From the NCBI GenBank assembly GCA_040954595.2, contig CM082595.2, positions 8,104,317 to 8,168,316 on the forward strand: a DNA stretch of 64,000 nucleotides, read 5' to 3'. The DNA is from Balanoglossus misakiensis. Lineage: Eukaryota > Animalia > Hemichordata. The position numbers were made by a program, and so were the translations under genes. Under the pieces are notes generated by a model, which was not told where the DNA came from, made no database searches, and saw only the letters and a program-made list of their open reading frames with translations. Numbering within the stretch: the first letter of the stretch is position 1; each line of letters begins with the position of its first letter. Positions 61,524 through 64,000 of the stretch are shown here, one piece after another.

Positions 61524-64000
61524 AATGAGCCTTCCAATGGCCGAATGTGCAAATATGAGCCTTTCAACGGCCAAATATGAGCCTTCTAACGGCCAAATGT
61601 TCAAATATGAGCCTTCCAACGGCCAAATATGCAAGTATGAGCCTTCAAACAGCCAAATATGAGCCTTCTAAAGGCCAAATGTTCAAAAATGAGCCTTCCA
61701 ACGGCCAAATGTGCAAATATGAGCCTTTCAACGGCCAAATGTGCAAATATGAGCCTTTCAACGGCCAAATATGCAAGTATGAGCCTTCAAACAGCCAAAT
61801 ATGACCCTTCTAACGGCCAAATGTGCAAATATGAGCCTTCCAACCGCCAAATGTGCAAATATGAGCCTTTCAACGGCCAAATATGCAAGTATGAGCCTTC
61901 AAACAGCCAAATATGAGCCTTCTAACGGCCAAATGTTCAAATATGAGCCTTCCAACGGCCAAATGTGCAAATATGAGCCTTCCAACGGCCAAATGTTAAA
62001 TATGAGCCTTCCAACGGCCAATTGTGCAAATATGAGCCTTCAAACGGCCAAATGTGCAAATATGAGCCTTCAAACGGCCAAATATGCAAGTATGAGCCTT
62101 CCAACGGCCAAATGTGCAAATATGAGCCTTCCAACGGCCAAATGTGCAAATATGAGCCTTCCAACGGCCAAATGTGCAAATATGAGCCTTTCAACGGCAA
62201 AATGTACAAATATGTGCTTTCAACGGCCAAATATGCAAGTATGAGCCTTCAAACAGCCAAATATGAGCCTTCTAACGGCCAAATGTTCAAATATGAGCCT
62301 TCCAACGGCCGAATGTGCAAATATGAGCCTTTCAACGGCCAAATATGCAAGTATGAGCCTTCAAACAGCCAAATATGACCCTTCTAACGGCCAAATGTGC
62401 AAATATGAGCCTTTCAACGGCCAAATGTTCAAATATGAGCCTTCCAACGGCCAAATGTGCAAATATGAGCCTTCCAACGGCCAAATGTTCAAATATGAGC
62501 CTTTCAACGGCCAAATATGCAAGTATGAGCCTTCAAACAGCCAAATATGACCCTTCTAACGGCCAAATGTGCAAATATGAGCCTTCCAACGGCCAAATGT
62601 GCAAATATGAGCCTTTCAACGGCCAAATATGCAAGTATGAGCCTTCAAACAGCCAAATATGAGCCTTCTAACGGCCAAATGTTCAAATATGAGCCTTCCA
62701 ACGGCCAAATGTGCAAATATGAGCCTTCCAACGGCCAAATGTACAAATATGAGCCTTCAAACAGCCAAATATGAGCCTTCCAACGGCCAAATGTGCAAAT
62801 ATGAGCCTTCCAACGGCCAAATGTGCAAATATGAGCCTTCCAACGGCCAAATGTTCAAATATGAGCCTTTCAACGGCCAAATATGCAAGTATGAGCCTTC
62901 AAACAGCCAAATATGAGCCTTCTAACGGCCAAATGTGCAAATATGAGCCTTCAAACGGCCAAATGTGCAAATATGAGCCTTCTAAAGGCCAAATGTGCAA
63001 ATATGAGCCTTCAAACGGCCAAATGTGCAAATATGAGCCTTCTAACGGCCAAATGTGCAAATATGAGCCTTCAAACGGCCAAATGTGCAAATATGAGCCT
63101 TCCAACGGCCAAATATGAGCCTTCCAACGGCCAAATGTGCAAATATGAGCCTTCCAACGGCCAAATGTGCAAATATGAGCCTTCCAACGGCCAAATGTGC
63201 AAATATGAGCCTTTCAACGGCCAAATATGCAAGTATGAGCCTTCAAACAGCCAAATATGAGCCTTCTAACGGCAAAATGTACAAATATGTGCTTTCAACG
63301 GCCAAATATGCAAGTATGAGCCTTCAAACAGCCAAATATGAGCCTTCTAACGGCCAAATGTTCAAATATGAGCCTTCTAACGGCCAAATGTGCAAATATG
63401 AGCCTTTCAACGGCCAAATATGCAAGTATGAGCCTTCAAACAGCCAATCATGAGCCTTCTAACGGCCAAATGTGCAAATATGAGCCTTCCAACGGCCGAA
63501 TGTGCAAATATGAGCCTTTCAACGGCCAAATATGCAAGTATGAGCCTTCAAACAGCCAAATATGAGCCTTCTAACGGCCAAATGTTCAAATATGAGCCTT
63601 CCAACGGCCAAATGTGCAAATATGAGCCTTTCAACGGCCAAATGTTCAAATATGAGCCTTCCAACGGCCAAATGTGCAAATATGAGCCTTTCAACGGCCA
63701 AATATGCAAGTATGAGCCTTCAAACAGCCAAATATGAGCCTTCTAACGGCCAAATGTGCAAATATGAGCCTTCAAACGGCCAAATGTGCAAATATGAGCC
63801 TTCTAAAGGCCAAATGTGCAAATATGAGCCTTCAAACGGCCAAATGTGCAAATATGAGCCTTCTAACGGCCAAATGTGCAAATATGAGCCTTCAAACGGC
63901 CAAATGTGCAAATATGAGCCTTCCAACGGCCAAATGTGCAAATATGAGCCTTCAAACAGCCAAATATGAGCCTTCCAACGGCCAAATGTGCAAATATGAG
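61524..64000. repeat. Minisatellite: 30-bp monomer AAATATGAGCCTTCCAACGGCCAAATGTGC interspersed with a 22-bp variant AAGTATGAGCCTTCAAACAGCC; runs off the window
   Basis: Direct reading. ORF echoes at offsets of 112 (3x30+22) and 142 (4x30+22). Confidence 0.97.

Noticed and set aside
61577-63969. Repetitive ORFs (MSLPTAKCAN / KYEPSNGQMC)
   Set aside because: By-products of a 30-bp stop-poor satellite; the frame shifts at every 22-bp variant.

Overview
AT-rich animal (probably invertebrate) genomic DNA made almost entirely of transposable elements; no host gene is recognisable. Positions 1-49128 are a head-to-tail cluster of Helentron/Helitron2-type rolling-circle elements. It holds about 17 non-autonomous 1.2-3.3 kb units with internal ~238-bp tandem repeats and one apparently intact ~20-kb autonomous copy, whose minus-strand ORF (32611-40089) encodes OTU + Zn-finger + HUH Rep + PIF1 helicase + APE/EEP endonuclease. 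The elements' left-end hairpins are stacked, and the bodies follow in last-in-first-out order, which suggests repeated insertion ~50 bp inside their own left end. Positions 49148-54617 are an apparently intact 5.5-kb cut-and-paste transposon with CACT ends and a TGG target duplication. It has bipartite RSS-like termini, a spliced RAG1/Transib-like DDE transposase and a convergent 216-aa ORF of unknown function. A second, degraded Helentron occupies 55048-61131, followed by a 30/22-bp satellite to the window end. Several MITEs and a LINE remnant are nested in these elements. All assignments come from manual motif reading; no database search was run.
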